Positions 63,101 to 64,000 of a stretch of DNA of 64,000 nucleotides are shown here, piece after piece. The first letter of the stretch is position 1, and every line of letters begins with the position of its first letter. A model generated the notes under the pieces. It had not been told where the DNA came from and made no database searches. It saw only the letters and a list, made by a program, of their open reading frames with translations. Source of the DNA: Octopus sinensis (lineage: Eukaryota); contig NC_043003.1 of assembly GCF_006345805.1 (NCBI RefSeq), forward strand, positions 106,330,001-106,394,000, in the 5' to 3' direction. Position numbers and translations under genes: made by a program.

Positions 63101-63323
63101 AAACTCAGTTTTTCCGATGTCTCTGTCAGACACTTAATATTACACTGAGCAAAGATGAAGAAAAAATTATTTCTGAAAAATATGACTTTCGAAGAAATAA
63201 GACTGTCAACTACCGAGAGTTTTGTTCCACCATAAATAAACCAATCAAGGAAGACATGGATTCCAATGAACAGTCTGAAATATATCAATGTAAACAACAA
63301 CAACAACAACAACAGCAACCAGT
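63101..63323 (+). CDS. Second coding exon of the EF-hand-pair protein
   Basis: Acceptor TTTTATTTATTAG; joins in phase (G+AA = Glu) to give ETQFFRCLCQTLNITLSKDEEKIISEKYDFRRNKTVNYREFCSTINKP...Q8P, with donor GTGAGT at 63324. Confidence 0.85.
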
Positions 63324-63910
63324 GTGAGTGTTTTAGTTGTTTATAATTAATTGTTTGTATCATTTTTCATGTATGTCTTTGTGAAGATTGTTTTTTTTAA
63401 TGAGCTTTAATTAATTTTGCTGGTGTGATCATAAAATGTGCTCACTCTCTTCTTTAAAGTGCTTGATGAACAAGGGGAGATAACTTAAGTTTGAGCGAAC
63501 TCTTTAGTCTTGCTGAGAACACGTCAACCTCTCTTGTGCTGGTGCCACAATAGAATGCCTTCAATATGTTTTTTTTCTAAGGGTTGGTGTGAGGAAGGGC
63601 ATCCATTTGTACAAACCATTTCAGAAATGTATGTGTGATGTATTGAGAGTAATACGAAAATGAACATAACTTTTTTTATGAATTGACATAGGTATCCATG
63701 TTGTACATGTTGGCAGAATAACTCTTTCTCTTCCAGTTCTTCTTCATAACAGACAAATAATGGGTTGCAAGTAGATGCAAGTTCTTGCTTTTGCTTGCAA
63801 CATTATCATTGAGTTTTTGATGATGGAAGGATGCAGGCTGTCCACATTCACAGAAGGTTACAGGTTGTTTGCAGAAATGACACCATTGACAAAAGTAATG
63901 TGTACAGAGG

Positions 63911-64000
63911 CAGGCGCAGGAGTGGCTGTGTGGTAAGTAGCTTGCTAACCAACCACATGGCTCCGGTTTCAGTCCCACTGCGTGGCATCTTGGGCAAGTG
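63911..64000 (+). mobile_element. SINE family A head, truncated by the window edge
   Basis: GGCGCAGGAGTGGCTGTGTGG...GTTTCAGTCCC. Confidence 0.9.

Overview
AT-rich, repeat-dense eukaryotic genomic DNA. The SINE families, RTE/CR1/Penelope relics, maT/mariner relics and abundant (AT)n/(GT)n/(GAT)n tracts look like an Octopus-type cephalopod genome (inference from repeat content). Most ORFs in the supplied track are artefacts of SINEs and microsatellites. Supported genes are (i) two spliceable + strand coding exons (61739-61856, 63101-63323) of an EF-hand-pair protein that the ORF track missed, with a perfect RFX X-box about 5.9 kb upstream (55860-55872), suggesting a ciliary gene, and (ii) a tRNA-Val(AAC) gene at 18697-18769. 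There are weak candidate exons of an unidentified minus-strand gene (37.2, 34.6, 21.9 and 1.1 kb). The most interesting element is at 1-233: a tRNA-headed (Pol III A/B box) SINE-like element whose body holds an apparently intact minimal type I hammerhead ribozyme of the Penelope-pLTR kind. It is paired head-to-head with an inverted copy whose ribozyme core is mutated. A decayed Penelope-like RT (YRDD) lies at about 53 kb. Other notable structures are a 560-bp mariner foldback 26 bp upstream of a splice acceptor, a 1.15-kb local duplication broken inside the tRNA, RTE 3' regions with independently expanded minisatellites, and several nested insertions. Repeat boundaries were read by eye and are approximate (about 10-30 bp). 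Family labels A-E are my own.
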